IMG/VR virus record: IMGVR_UViG_3300031974_003050
Coordinates: 1,438-65,437 of that record
Direction: 5' to 3' (one strand)
DNA length: 64,000 nt
Source: a virus
Taxonomy: Duplodnaviria; Caudoviricetes
Shown here: piece by piece, positions 47,583 to 56,420 of the stretch
Numbering within the stretch: position 1 is the stretch's first letter
Layout: every line of letters begins with the position of its first letter
Translations under genes and position numbers: made by a program
Notes under the pieces: model-generated
Seen by the model: only the letters and a program-made list of their open reading frames with translations
Databases searched by the model: none
Told to the model about the DNA's origin: nothing

Positions 47583-50555
47583 ATGAGAAGTGTAAGTGAT
47601 AAAAAACCTCCAGGAGACATAGAAAGACTCTTGTTTCCAGTATACCCCAGTCCAGAGGAGATGAATAATATAGGGGATTCCCCCTACCCATATCAACCAG
47701 CCACACCTCAGTTAGGTATGGACGATATATTGAAATATTTGGTGTCTGAACGAGGAGGAGATCCCGAACTATGGAGAGACCTAGCATACTATATCGGATT
47801 TCATGAGTCTGGTCCACACCAAAGGATGAGCCCTACTGCTAGACAGATTTCTGATGGCGGTGTTGAGGGTCCAGCCAGAGGGACTTATCAGTTTGAAAAA
47901 GATTCTTTTGATACAGCAAAACAGAGGTATAGAAACCTGTTTTCTGCAATGAGAGATATGGGGTACAAAGGTGATATGGATCAAGATATACTGGAGGCTA
48001 ATAATGCTGACGAACTACCTCTAGATAAACAGACGGCGCTCTTGTACGCAAACCTTATACAAGGACCAGCAAAACTGGCTGATTATGTTTCTGGGGATAT
48101 GAGTGCTACAGACCTATGGCTCCAAGGGCACAAGCTTAAAGAAGCGGAAGGCAATAGAGAACGGTTTGAGGAGAGTATGAGAGCGGCAGACGAGCAGAGA
48201 GAGACTTACTACCCTTTTGTTGGTAACAACCTTAGATCAGTAGATACCGAATCCAAACCCATACTACCTGCTGAAAACAATATTGGAGGTCGTGTTGCTG
48301 GAAACAAGAGCGGTGGAGGAGCTGAGAGTGATGATGACACTTCTATTACAGACGGGAGGGGGAGAGTTATAAAGTACAAAAACGGGGGTAGACCAGGTGG
48401 TTTCTTGTCCTCTAATGCTAGAGACGGATGGCCGAAAGCCCACAAGTCGTACTATCCTTTCTCAGGTAGGGATGTAACGGTCGAAGATGGTGTTACTACC
48501 GTAGAGAATCGTCAAGGCTATGACTCTGGTATGAAAGAGATGCTAGAACTGATAAGAATGGGGTCAGGGGGAAGCAGAAGACAAATAAGTTTGCCTACTG
48601 GAAGAGAGTATAAGGATACCGACCTTATGAGAACCACCACTAGATATGCTGGCGATGACTTTATTGATCAAAAATCCGCTAGATATAAGCTACATAAGGA
48701 CGATAAAGCGAAAACCTTTGATCAGTATAAAGGAGTAAAAACACCTAAAGGGTCTAAATCCGTAGAGATACAAGGGGAAGATCTGAATTGGCTTCAAAGA
48801 CAGTTCCCTAGATTGTTCTTGGAGAGGTACAAAACCAAAAGCAAGTACAACGACGAAGGGGAGTTGGTGAAAAAAGTTAAGGTTTCCAGGGCTGGAGGTA
48901 GAGAAGTAAAGAAATACCCTACTAGTGCAGAGCTGGATGCTATTATAGAACAAGATATAAAAGCTGCTCAGGCTCAAGACAACACAAACGCTTCAGGGGG
49001 CAGGGTGGTCAAGTATAAACACGGGGGTCGTCACGATGATCCACCAAACTACAGTCTCGGAAAGCAAGTCTTGGATTACCTCGCGGGGTATGGTCAGGCC
49101 AGACCACAAGAAAACAACAGATTCGACGCCACCCTGCAGGACATGGCGGACTTCTTCATGTCTCGCCAGGGGCAAGAGTTAGGCACAGAACCTAAACGAA
49201 GATACGTATCGGGTGAGGGCTTTGTTCCCGCCCCTTCTGAGCGGGAGGATTTTGAAAGCATGCTGGGTCGCACGATGATCACAAATGACAAGGGTGAGGC
49301 CAGGAAATACACCCGCATGATGCAGGAGTATTTAGACGAACGAGCGGAAGACGCTGAGCAAAGGTCGTTCGTGGTCCCTGGCGCTGTAGATAAAGAGACG
49401 GGGGAGAGGGTAACTAGAAGTGAGTACCTGAGGCGTCAGGAAGAAGGTAATGCATTTGATACTACGCTCTCAGCGCCGATTGTGTACAACTACTTGAGTG
49501 AGAACCCTTCAGCTAGAGGTGTGGCTGCGGAGGAGTTTTATCATGCTGTCCAAACAGCCAACAATGCAGCAAAGGGAAGTATCCTTGACGACATCACTAA
49601 CAAGGGCACCTCGGAGGCGATAAATGAGCTCATGGAAATGAATTACTATAATTCCAAGTATCCCCATGGTCTGTTGCACGACGGTACAACATTTGACACC
49701 CTCAACCTATACCAGGCCAATGAGCCCCGCGATAACAGCGATAAAGGTTTTTATGATGGGGTACACCGCAAAAGCAGTGGTGAAGATGCGAGATGGGGTA
49801 TGAATCTGTACTACCTGGGTGAAGATCAGGGTGAGGGTGACGCGGCCATAAATTCTGGTATTTACTTCGCTCGTGAGATGGGGATCCTGCCAGAGGGTGA
49901 GATCACGGCCCAAGACCTACCAGAGATTCTGGAGAGGTTCAAGGGATACACAGCCACACAGCCTGGAAGAACGGAGTTCGACTTAGAAAAACTCAAGGAG
50001 TGGAAGCCTGATGGAAGAAAGATTGTTAAGATCGGAAAGGATGGGAAGGTCATTCTAACCAAGTATGGTCAGAAGTGGATGCAGGATGACGAGAATAAGT
50101 TGCGGTTCAGGGAAAGAACCATGACCAAGGGTGAGGGTAAAGAGGCCAGGCTGGACAATCGTTACATGAGGATGCTGGAAGATATTATTACTGATGCCGC
50201 TAACCAACAGGGTATTTTCGATCCAACCAACATGAACCCCTCCATTGCTCGTGAAGGATATGAACGAAGCCTTAATTCTGGATACACGAAAGACTACAAG
50301 CGACGAAGTCCCGACCACCCAGCCAATAGATTCAGTAGTGGAAAGATGCCGATTGATTTGTTATTGGACATCCTTAATACTGGCGGGGGGCGTAGTAAAT
50401 CATACAGAGAGCGGTCAGCCGAGATGGACTTGTTGAGAGGCAAGAGTGAAAGAGCAAGGAAAGAATATGACATAATTATGGAACAAATCTACGGTCGGCC
50501 TATAGTGACCCCACCTATATCTTTTAGTAAAGGAGGCAGGGTCAGTAATAATTAA
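47583..50555 (+). CDS. GG-tagged polyprotein-like protein (lysozyme-like, unknown and EExxH zincin-like modules)
   Basis: HESG...ARGTYQF; tags KYKNGG, SGGRVVKYKHGG, FSKGGRV; EEFYH. Confidence 0.65.
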   Translation: MRSVSDKKPPGDIERLLFPVYPSPEEMNNIGDSPYPYQPATPQLGMDDILKYLVSERGGDPELWRDLAYYIGFHESGPHQRMSPTARQISDGGVEGPARGTYQFEKDSFDTAKQRYRNLFSAMRDMGYKGDMDQDILEANNADELPLDKQTALLYANLIQGPAKLADYVSGDMSATDLWLQGHKLKEAEGNRERFEESMRAADEQRETYYPFVGNNLRSVDTESKPILPAENNIGGRVAGNKSGGGAESDDDTSITDGRGRVIKYKNGGRPGGFLSSNARDGWPKAHKSYYPFSGRDVTVEDGVTTVENRQGYDSGMKEMLELIRMGSGGSRRQISLPTGREYKDTDLMRTTTRYAGDDFIDQKSARYKLHKDDKAKTFDQYKGVKTPKGSKSVEIQGEDLNWLQRQFPRLFLERYKTKSKYNDEGELVKKVKVSRAGGREVKKYPTSAELDAIIEQDIKAAQAQDNTNASGGRVVKYKHGGRHDDPPNYSLGKQVLDYLAGYGQARPQENNRFDATLQDMADFFMSRQGQELGTEPKRRYVSGEGFVPAPSEREDFESMLGRTMITNDKGEARKYTRMMQEYLDERAEDAEQRSFVVPGAVDKETGERVTRSEYLRRQEEGNAFDTTLSAPIVYNYLSENPSARGVAAEEFYHAVQTANNAAKGSILDDITNKGTSEAINELMEMNYYNSKYPHGLLHDGTTFDTLNLYQANEPRDNSDKGFYDGVHRKSSGEDARWGMNLYYLGEDQGEGDAAINSGIYFAREMGILPEGEITAQDLPEILERFKGYTATQPGRTEFDLEKLKEWKPDGRKIVKIGKDGKVILTKYGQKWMQDDENKLRFRERTMTKGEGKEARLDNRYMRMLEDIITDAANQQGIFDPTNMNPSIAREGYERSLNSGYTKDYKRRSPDHPANRFSSGKMPIDLLLDILNTGGGRSKSYRERSAEMDLLRGKSERARKEYDIIMEQIYGRPIVTPPISFSKGGRVSNN

Positions 50556-50567
50556 TATATTTGCACT

Positions 50568-50993
50568 ATGGCAACACTAACAGTAACAATAAAAGAAGAG
50601 GTCGTACTGAACGGCAACGAGCACGGGTCTGAGAATATCATTGACATAGGTAATGTCGATAGTATGTTTGAGAGGCTTATAGACTGCACTGTAACAGAGG
50701 TGCCTCTGTTGTCTTTTGGGAGTACAGTAACTGGAGATACATTTGTTGACGATACTGTGAAGTACCTTCGAATTACAAATCTTGACGATACTAACTATGT
50801 TACACTTAGAGTACTTGGTGCAAGCAAAGAGTATTTCGTCGTTTTAGAACCTAAGAACTCATATGTGCTATTCAATGATGACATGGACGCCAACGCCACT
50901 GGATCTCAAACTGCATCTATCTCTTTCATTGATGAAATCAAAGCGGCAGCAAACACCGCTACATGTCAACTATCAATATTCGCAGCAGCATGA
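50568..50993 (+). CDS. Putative virion structural protein
   Basis: VKYLRITNLDDTNYV; resembles 434..841. Confidence 0.6.
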   Translation: MATLTVTIKEEVVLNGNEHGSENIIDIGNVDSMFERLIDCTVTEVPLLSFGSTVTGDTFVDDTVKYLRITNLDDTNYVTLRVLGASKEYFVVLEPKNSYVLFNDDMDANATGSQTASISFIDEIKAAANTATCQLSIFAAA

Positions 50994-51115
50994 AGATAAA
51001 AAAACCCAAATACAATAAGGGCGGTAAGTTCCCTGACCTGACTGGTGACGGAAAGGTCACTAAAGCAGATATACTGAAAGGTCGTGGGGTTGGTATGAAA
51101 AAGAAGAAAAAGTAA
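50990..51115 (+). CDS. 41-aa basic peptide with an EF-hand-like loop and a GG tag
   Basis: MKIKKPKYNKGGKFPDLTGDGKVTKADILKGRGVGMKKKKK*; ATGA coupling. Confidence 0.6.
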   Translation: MKIKKPKYNKGGKFPDLTGDGKVTKADILKGRGVGMKKKKK

Positions 51116-51173
51116 CACCAACACTTGCAAATGGGAAGTAAAGGATACTTTAATCCTAGAAAAAAAAGATTTT

Positions 51174-51638
51174 ATGAAACTATCAAAAAATTTATCTCTC
51201 AGAGAAGCAACAAAAAGCACTACGGCTCTTCGCCACGGGATAGACAACACCCCCGACGAATACGTAATATCAAACCTGGAGACGATAGCTGAACGCATAT
51301 TCCAGCCTATGCGAGATCACTTTGGGGTACCTATTGCAGTTAGCTCTGGGTATAGATGTAAAGAATTGAACACTAAGATTGGGGGGAGCCCCACTTCGCA
51401 GCATATGGTTGGGGAGGCTTTAGATCTTGATGCCCATGTATATGGAAAGATCACCAACGCCGACATATTTAAGTACATATATACTCATCTGGACTATGAT
51501 CAACTCATTTGGGAGTTTGGGGATGACAAAGAGCCAGCATGGATACATGTGTCTTACAAAAAGCACGGAGAAAACAGAAACAGAACATTGAAAGCCGTCA
51601 AAGAAGACGGTAAAACCACTTATATATATATGAAATGA
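51174..51638 (+). CDS. Peptidase M15A endolysin
   Basis: SSGYRC, SQHMVGEALD, WIHVSY. Confidence 0.85.
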   Translation: MKLSKNLSLREATKSTTALRHGIDNTPDEYVISNLETIAERIFQPMRDHFGVPIAVSSGYRCKELNTKIGGSPTSQHMVGEALDLDAHVYGKITNADIFKYIYTHLDYDQLIWEFGDDKEPAWIHVSYKKHGENRNRTLKAVKEDGKTTYIYMK

Positions 51639-53548
51639 GACTATCATCGTCATCAGCCCAAACAGCTGCATCAGCAAAAATAGAAATCAAACCACCTGCT
51701 CTAAACGGAGTTTTAGGGACGGGTGGAACAGACACCACATATGGTACGAATGGTGAAATACCTGGTGGGACTCCAGAAAGCGGATTGTCCGACTACATAT
51801 TCACTTTGGAAAGCAGTGGTGGTGGTGCTTACAGTGACCCTAATGTATATACAGATAAATCTAACGTGTGGGTTACTAACCATACAAACGTAGCCTCTGG
51901 GAGCACACCTACGTTTAGCTGGACTCCAGATGTTGCAGATATAGATGATTTCTATTCAGCAAATGAGATGCTGATTAATGGTAATGATATATACATAATT
52001 TATAGATGGGGAAGCTATAATAAAAACAACCTTGGAAATGATGCCTGGAATCAATATCTAAAAAACACTATTGATCCAGACACTGGTGAGCCTTTCGGTG
52101 AGTGGCCCCTTAGAGATGGAAACCCTGGTCCGAGTATAACAGATTTATATGACCCCGTAACTGGCCTTGCTCATATATACGGAACTGGGTACCTAACTTC
52201 TTCTCATATATTGGTTAAGTTTACTAATTGCGTAGTTGACGAGGTCGCTCAAGATATAACCTACGATTCTTTTGAGAAAAAAATACTCTATGGGGTGCAG
52301 CATCTTCACGGAAATGCTAGGACCAGTGATAAGTGGATTTTGTCTGAGAGAACGGAAACGTGGGGTAAGCCTGCTTCTTCTTATGGTGTTGACCAGATGA
52401 TTGTTGTGGTTGATCTAAACAAGCCTATTTCAGAAACCAAGATATTTAACTATAGCAATCTATTTAAAGACGCGGTAGGGACTAGAATTATAGGGACCAC
52501 TATCCCTATGTTTGACCATGTGACAAGAAGAGCGTTCCTGCTCTCCAGTACTCCAACCGATGTCAAAAGATCTTTAATTACTCGTAATGAGCACGGAGTC
52601 TTAAACCCTATAATTGATAGCTCAGATCAAATTACAGCCACGGGTTCATACGTTTACATTATGGGATACGACGCTAATTTTCCTAATTGGGCGAATCAAA
52701 TTACCCCAAGTGGGTATTTTAATACTATAGACAGTCTAATTTGGTATAATAACGCTAAAAATGGTCAACCTTTTAAAAACGTAACGATTCCAGAAGAGTA
52801 CATTGATTTTTATACAAGCGAGTATAACGGTTGGAGTCGGGCCCTTTTGAGGGTAAACTTAGATAGCGGACAGGTAGAAACTGTTCATCACACTCTTCAT
52901 AAGAAAGGATCGGGGCTCGTACATCCGTTTTCCTATGATAAGTACATATTTACAATCACAATGGATCTTGGTGGTATTATGATTCATAGGTATGATTTAG
53001 AATCTGGAAGTCTTACAGTTAAGTTTCTTTGTGTTTATGAGAGTGGTCATTATAAGAATGATCAGTTTGTTACATTTAATGAGTCTGTTGACCTTGTTTC
53101 TATGTTGAATAATATTTCTGTTTCAAACATAAGTGTTTCTGCAGATAACGTGTATTCAACCCTATCACCAATATTTGGTATCATATCCGACACAAGAAGC
53201 GCAACAGACGACTTCCCTGATGGAAATAGAGCTAACATCTCCTCTCTCAAACCCCATTCCGCTGGTACAGACGGAGAGTTTATTTACGTACATTTTACTT
53301 CTATACCTCAAGTAATGAAGTTTAATTATAGCGATCTGTCATTTCACTCTTACACTGATACGGGTGCTACTGGGTCCCCAACAGACGATTATGTACAAAT
53401 AGGAGATTATATTTTTGTTGGTAACGAAACGACAACACCATACAGTCTCAATTATTACCACAAAGACAACATAACCTCTGACAATGGTCAAATAACAACC
53501 ATGACCCACGGTCCTTTTGGAGTCTTTCACTCAGACTTCAAGTTTTAA
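51635..53548 (+). CDS. Beta-rich/propeller-like protein, possibly receptor-binding or virion-associated
   Basis: 637 aa, AT-rich; repeated YVYI/YIFT/FIYV/YIFV strands. Confidence 0.5.
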   Translation: MRLSSSSAQTAASAKIEIKPPALNGVLGTGGTDTTYGTNGEIPGGTPESGLSDYIFTLESSGGGAYSDPNVYTDKSNVWVTNHTNVASGSTPTFSWTPDVADIDDFYSANEMLINGNDIYIIYRWGSYNKNNLGNDAWNQYLKNTIDPDTGEPFGEWPLRDGNPGPSITDLYDPVTGLAHIYGTGYLTSSHILVKFTNCVVDEVAQDITYDSFEKKILYGVQHLHGNARTSDKWILSERTETWGKPASSYGVDQMIVVVDLNKPISETKIFNYSNLFKDAVGTRIIGTTIPMFDHVTRRAFLLSSTPTDVKRSLITRNEHGVLNPIIDSSDQITATGSYVYIMGYDANFPNWANQITPSGYFNTIDSLIWYNNAKNGQPFKNVTIPEEYIDFYTSEYNGWSRALLRVNLDSGQVETVHHTLHKKGSGLVHPFSYDKYIFTITMDLGGIMIHRYDLESGSLTVKFLCVYESGHYKNDQFVTFNESVDLVSMLNNISVSNISVSADNVYSTLSPIFGIISDTRSATDDFPDGNRANISSLKPHSAGTDGEFIYVHFTSIPQVMKFNYSDLSFHSYTDTGATGSPTDDYVQIGDYIFVGNETTTPYSLNYYHKDNITSDNGQITTMTHGPFGVFHSDFKF

Positions 53549-53573
53549 AGTATATATTTGCAAAAAATAAATC

Positions 53574-53837
53574 ATGATTGATTCAACTATTATTGACACT
53601 GTCGTAGCCGTAGCAGACACTGTTGCAACTATTGACCCTGTATTGACTGATGAAGTTGCAGAGGGTGGATATACTGTAGCTTCCTTTATAGCAGAGTTCT
53701 GGTCTGAACTCGTTCTCGGCGTCCTGGCTTTTGTTAAGATTATTGTGAATCTCACCCCCACCGAAAACGACAATAAGGTATTCGGTTGGCTTGATTCACT
53801 GATAAACTTGATTATTGCCGATCGGAAGAAGAGCTAA
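53574..53837 (+). CDS. Small membrane protein (holin-like)
   Basis: TM segment followed by IVNLTPTENDNK. Confidence 0.55.
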   Translation: MIDSTIIDTVVAVADTVATIDPVLTDEVAEGGYTVASFIAEFWSELVLGVLAFVKIIVNLTPTENDNKVFGWLDSLINLIIADRKKS

Positions 53838-54237
53838 GAGATCGGTAAAATCTCTGTACCATAAGTCTAGCCTTTTGGGTTAGGGCATACCTTACCCTGT
53901 AATTGAACTTTGTTTCTTCCCTAAAAAGGTGGTCTTCGTATGTCTGCGAAGGAGTAAGTTTATCGAAGTATTTGTGTATATACCCTTCTTTTACCAAAGG
54001 ATATACAATCCTATCGGCTAGATGGTCTTTATTCATCCCGTACTCTTTAGAAGCGTAATCCAGGGTAAAGAACTCCAGGTCGTAAGCCCATAGCATAAAA
54101 TACATCTCCTTTTGAAAGAGATCGTATTTAGATTGAAAGTCTAAAAGTGTGGACCTTATGTCTTTAAGGTGGTTTTGAGATATGTCCTTTTGACGTAATT
54201 TTGATACGTCACGAAACATTTTTGACTTATTTTTCAT
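53812..54237 (-). CDS. Winged-HTH-like regulator
   Basis: PLVKEGYIHK...RYALTQKAR MarR-like wing; lone antisense gene; start uncertain. Confidence 0.55.
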   Translation of the reverse strand: MKNKSKMFRDVSKLRQKDISQNHLKDIRSTLLDFQSKYDLFQKEMYFMLWAYDLEFFTLDYASKEYGMNKDHLADRIVYPLVKEGYIHKYFDKLTPSQTYEDHLFREETKFNYRVRYALTQKARLMVQRFYRSLSSSSDRQ

Positions 54238-54240
54238 GCA

Positions 54241-54516
54241 ATGACGAAATCTGAATTTTTAATTGAACTCTCTGAAATAGCTTCTCAAATAGACGACCTT
54301 TTCGAAAGGTACGGCAAAAGAGAGGAGATTATATCTATCATGCTCACAGGGACCGTTGAAGAGTCCGAAGATGGTGAAAAACACATACGCGCTGTGTATG
54401 GGTATAACATATACAGCGAAGAAGAGCTTGATGAAATACTTTCTTTCATAAAGGACACTTACAGTAATCCAGGTTTGGATGCGGAGCTAGGGGATTTTGA
54501 TGTATTTCTAAACTAA
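54241..54516 (+). CDS. Acidic hypothetical protein
   Basis: 91 aa. Confidence 0.55.
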   Translation: MTKSEFLIELSEIASQIDDLFERYGKREEIISIMLTGTVEESEDGEKHIRAVYGYNIYSEEELDEILSFIKDTYSNPGLDAELGDFDVFLN

Positions 54517-54752
54517 TGGACGGTCTTATAAGAAAAATCATCATAGGGCAAAACCCTAAAGACGCCATGGCGTACTACGTGGGTATGAAGGCTGGTAGGG
54601 GTGAAGTGAGTGCCATAGTATTTGACGAGCCTGCGCTTTATCACCATTCAGTAAAGAGATACAACGTATACATACAAACTGATGATGGTCAGATGATGTG
54701 GAAATGCGTAGAAGATATGCCAGTTATAGTTGAATTTGATCTTAATTTCTAA
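54516..54752 (+). CDS. Hypothetical protein
   Basis: IRKIIIG.NPKDAMAYYVG...MPVIVEFDLNF. Confidence 0.6.
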   Translation: MDGLIRKIIIGQNPKDAMAYYVGMKAGRGEVSAIVFDEPALYHHSVKRYNVYIQTDDGQMMWKCVEDMPVIVEFDLNF

Positions 54753-55333
54753 TGAAAACATTTGATTTGTTTGTTGTTGAGCTGGAAAAAACCATCAACG
54801 ACACAATAAAAACCGATTCGGGGCTCGAACTGTATATAGACACTAAGTTCAATGAGTTTGAGCACAGAGTTACTGAAGGCCCAGTGGTTGCTGTTCCTTT
54901 CAAGTACAACACTGGTGTAAATCCAGGGGATACTCTTTACTTTCATCACCTTGTAGTCATGAATGACGGACAAGGCCTTACAGGTTTTGAAAACCACTAC
55001 CTGGTTAGGTACAACCCAGAGCACACTGTAAACAACCAGGCTATAGCGTATAAGAACAGTGAGGGCGATATAAACCTTATAGGAGGGTGGACGCTACTAA
55101 AGCCAGTTGAGGACAAAGAAGACGTAGGTGAGGCCTTTATAGAGCTTGTTTCTTTAGAAGAGTCAGACAAACTGAAAGGCGAACTAGCTTTTGAAAGTGA
55201 ATACACCGATGAGCTTGGTATATCTAAGGGGGATATAGTTGGTTTTAAGAAGAATATGGACTACAGAATCACAATAGACGGTCAGGAGTACTATAGGGTT
55301 CGATCAGAAGACTTGCTTTATGCCGAGATCTAA
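54752..55333 (+). CDS. GroES-like co-chaperonin with two repeats
   Basis: KTDSGL...GPVVAVP...VNPGD.LYFHH and GISKGDIVGF...IDGQEYYRV. Confidence 0.7.
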   Translation: MKTFDLFVVELEKTINDTIKTDSGLELYIDTKFNEFEHRVTEGPVVAVPFKYNTGVNPGDTLYFHHLVVMNDGQGLTGFENHYLVRYNPEHTVNNQAIAYKNSEGDINLIGGWTLLKPVEDKEDVGEAFIELVSLEESDKLKGELAFESEYTDELGISKGDIVGFKKNMDYRITIDGQEYYRVRSEDLLYAEI

Positions 55334-55610
55334 GTTTACAACCCTGGAGGCTGCCGTTAGGCTCATGGAGAGCATGGAGACGGCTATAGACAACATGATA
55401 GAAGAAATAAAAAAGCCAGTAGATACTGAGCTCAGTGGTGCTGGTCGGAAAGCTGAGCTTTCATCTATCAAACAAACTGCACTTGATTGTAAGGAGCTTC
55501 TCATAGAAAGACAGAGGCTTGAACAAATGACAAAAGATCTAAAAAATGACGGAGAAATCAAACAAGAAAAAGACTACTCTGGAGGATTTGCAGAAAGGTT
55601 TTCAAAATAA
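55320..55610 (+). CDS. Hypothetical protein, terminase small subunit candidate
   Basis: Helical, ends GFAERFSK, upstream of terL. Confidence 0.4.
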   Translation: MPRSKFTTLEAAVRLMESMETAIDNMIEEIKKPVDTELSGAGRKAELSSIKQTALDCKELLIERQRLEQMTKDLKNDGEIKQEKDYSGGFAERFSK

Positions 55611-55630
55611 CAATCATATTTATTTTAACG

Positions 55631-55963
55631 ATGAGTGGAATGGTGAATACGAAGACAGCTACACTGGACGAACTAGCGATAGCGGTTATAGCGTGGGCTG
55701 ACGAAAGAGACCTTACTCATTCAGATAACGCCTTTAGGCAGATACTGAAGGTGATGGAGGAGGTCGGCGAGCTGTCTGGTGCCCTAGCAAAGCATCGAGA
55801 AGACGACGTCAAAGACGCTATAGGTGACGTACTCGTAACAATTATTATCTTAGCAGTTCAACTCGGTTATAGTAGCACGGAATGTCTTGCGTTGGCTTAC
55901 AACGAGATAGCAGAGAGAAAGGGTAAGACCGTAGATGGAGTATTTATAAAAGATGAGAGTTAA
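55631..55963 (+). CDS. MazG-like NTP pyrophosphohydrolase
   Basis: KVMEEVGEL...DAIGD...AYNEIAERKG...GVFIK. Confidence 0.85.
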   Translation: MSGMVNTKTATLDELAIAVIAWADERDLTHSDNAFRQILKVMEEVGELSGALAKHREDDVKDAIGDVLVTIIILAVQLGYSSTECLALAYNEIAERKGKTVDGVFIKDES

Positions 55964-56192
55964 GAGAAACTACAGAAAAGAATACGATAAGTTCCAGTCT
56001 TCTGAGGAGCAAAAGAAGAGGCGTGCTAAAAGAAACAAAGATCGCAGAGAGGCAGAAAAGAAGGGTAAGGTAAAGAAGGGGGACGGGAAGGACATACATC
56101 ACGCCGCTAACGGCGCTAAAATCATAATGCCTGCATCAAAAAACAGAGGAATAGCCGAGAAGAGTCGAATACAAGGATCAAAGAGAAAGTAA
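55953..56192 (+). CDS. Small basic HNH-like protein
   Basis: RNYRKEY...KGDGKDIHH...NR. Confidence 0.55.
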   Translation: MRVKRNYRKEYDKFQSSEEQKKRRAKRNKDRREAEKKGKVKKGDGKDIHHAANGAKIIMPASKNRGIAEKSRIQGSKRK

Positions 56193-56197
56193 ACTCT

Positions 56198-56274
56198 CGG
56201 CGAGTATCTCCTCAAGCTTATACCTTGTAGAAAGAGTAATCGGTTACATGCGGGTTCAATCCCCGCCTCGCCGA
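56198..56274 (+). tRNA. Non-canonical D-armless tRNA-like element with a TAT anticodon loop
   Basis: CGGCGAG/CTCGCCG-A acceptor; CAAG-CTTATAC-CTTG; GTAA-TCGG-TTAC; GCGGG-TTCAATC-CCCGC. Confidence 0.6.
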
Positions 56275-56287
56275 CAAATTAAATAAA

Positions 56288-56419
56288 ATGGCAAAAGTAG
56301 ATTCCACATACGAAAAGAGAAACAAAGTTTCTAGACCTGGCATTCATGCCAAAACGAAAACCTCATCCAACAAAAGATCTAAGAATTACAAAAAGATCTA
56401 TAAGGGTCAAGGGAGGTGA
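56288..56419 (+). CDS. 43-aa basic peptide
   Basis: MAKVDSTYEK...RPGIHAK...YKGQGR*. Confidence 0.5.
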   Translation: MAKVDSTYEKRNKVSRPGIHAKTKTSSNKRSKNYKKIYKGQGR

Positions 56420-56420
56420 T

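Noticed and set aside
56346-56420. Longer terL start MPKRKPHP
   Set aside because: It overlaps a coherent 43-aa ORF in another frame; ATG 56421 follows that ORF's stop
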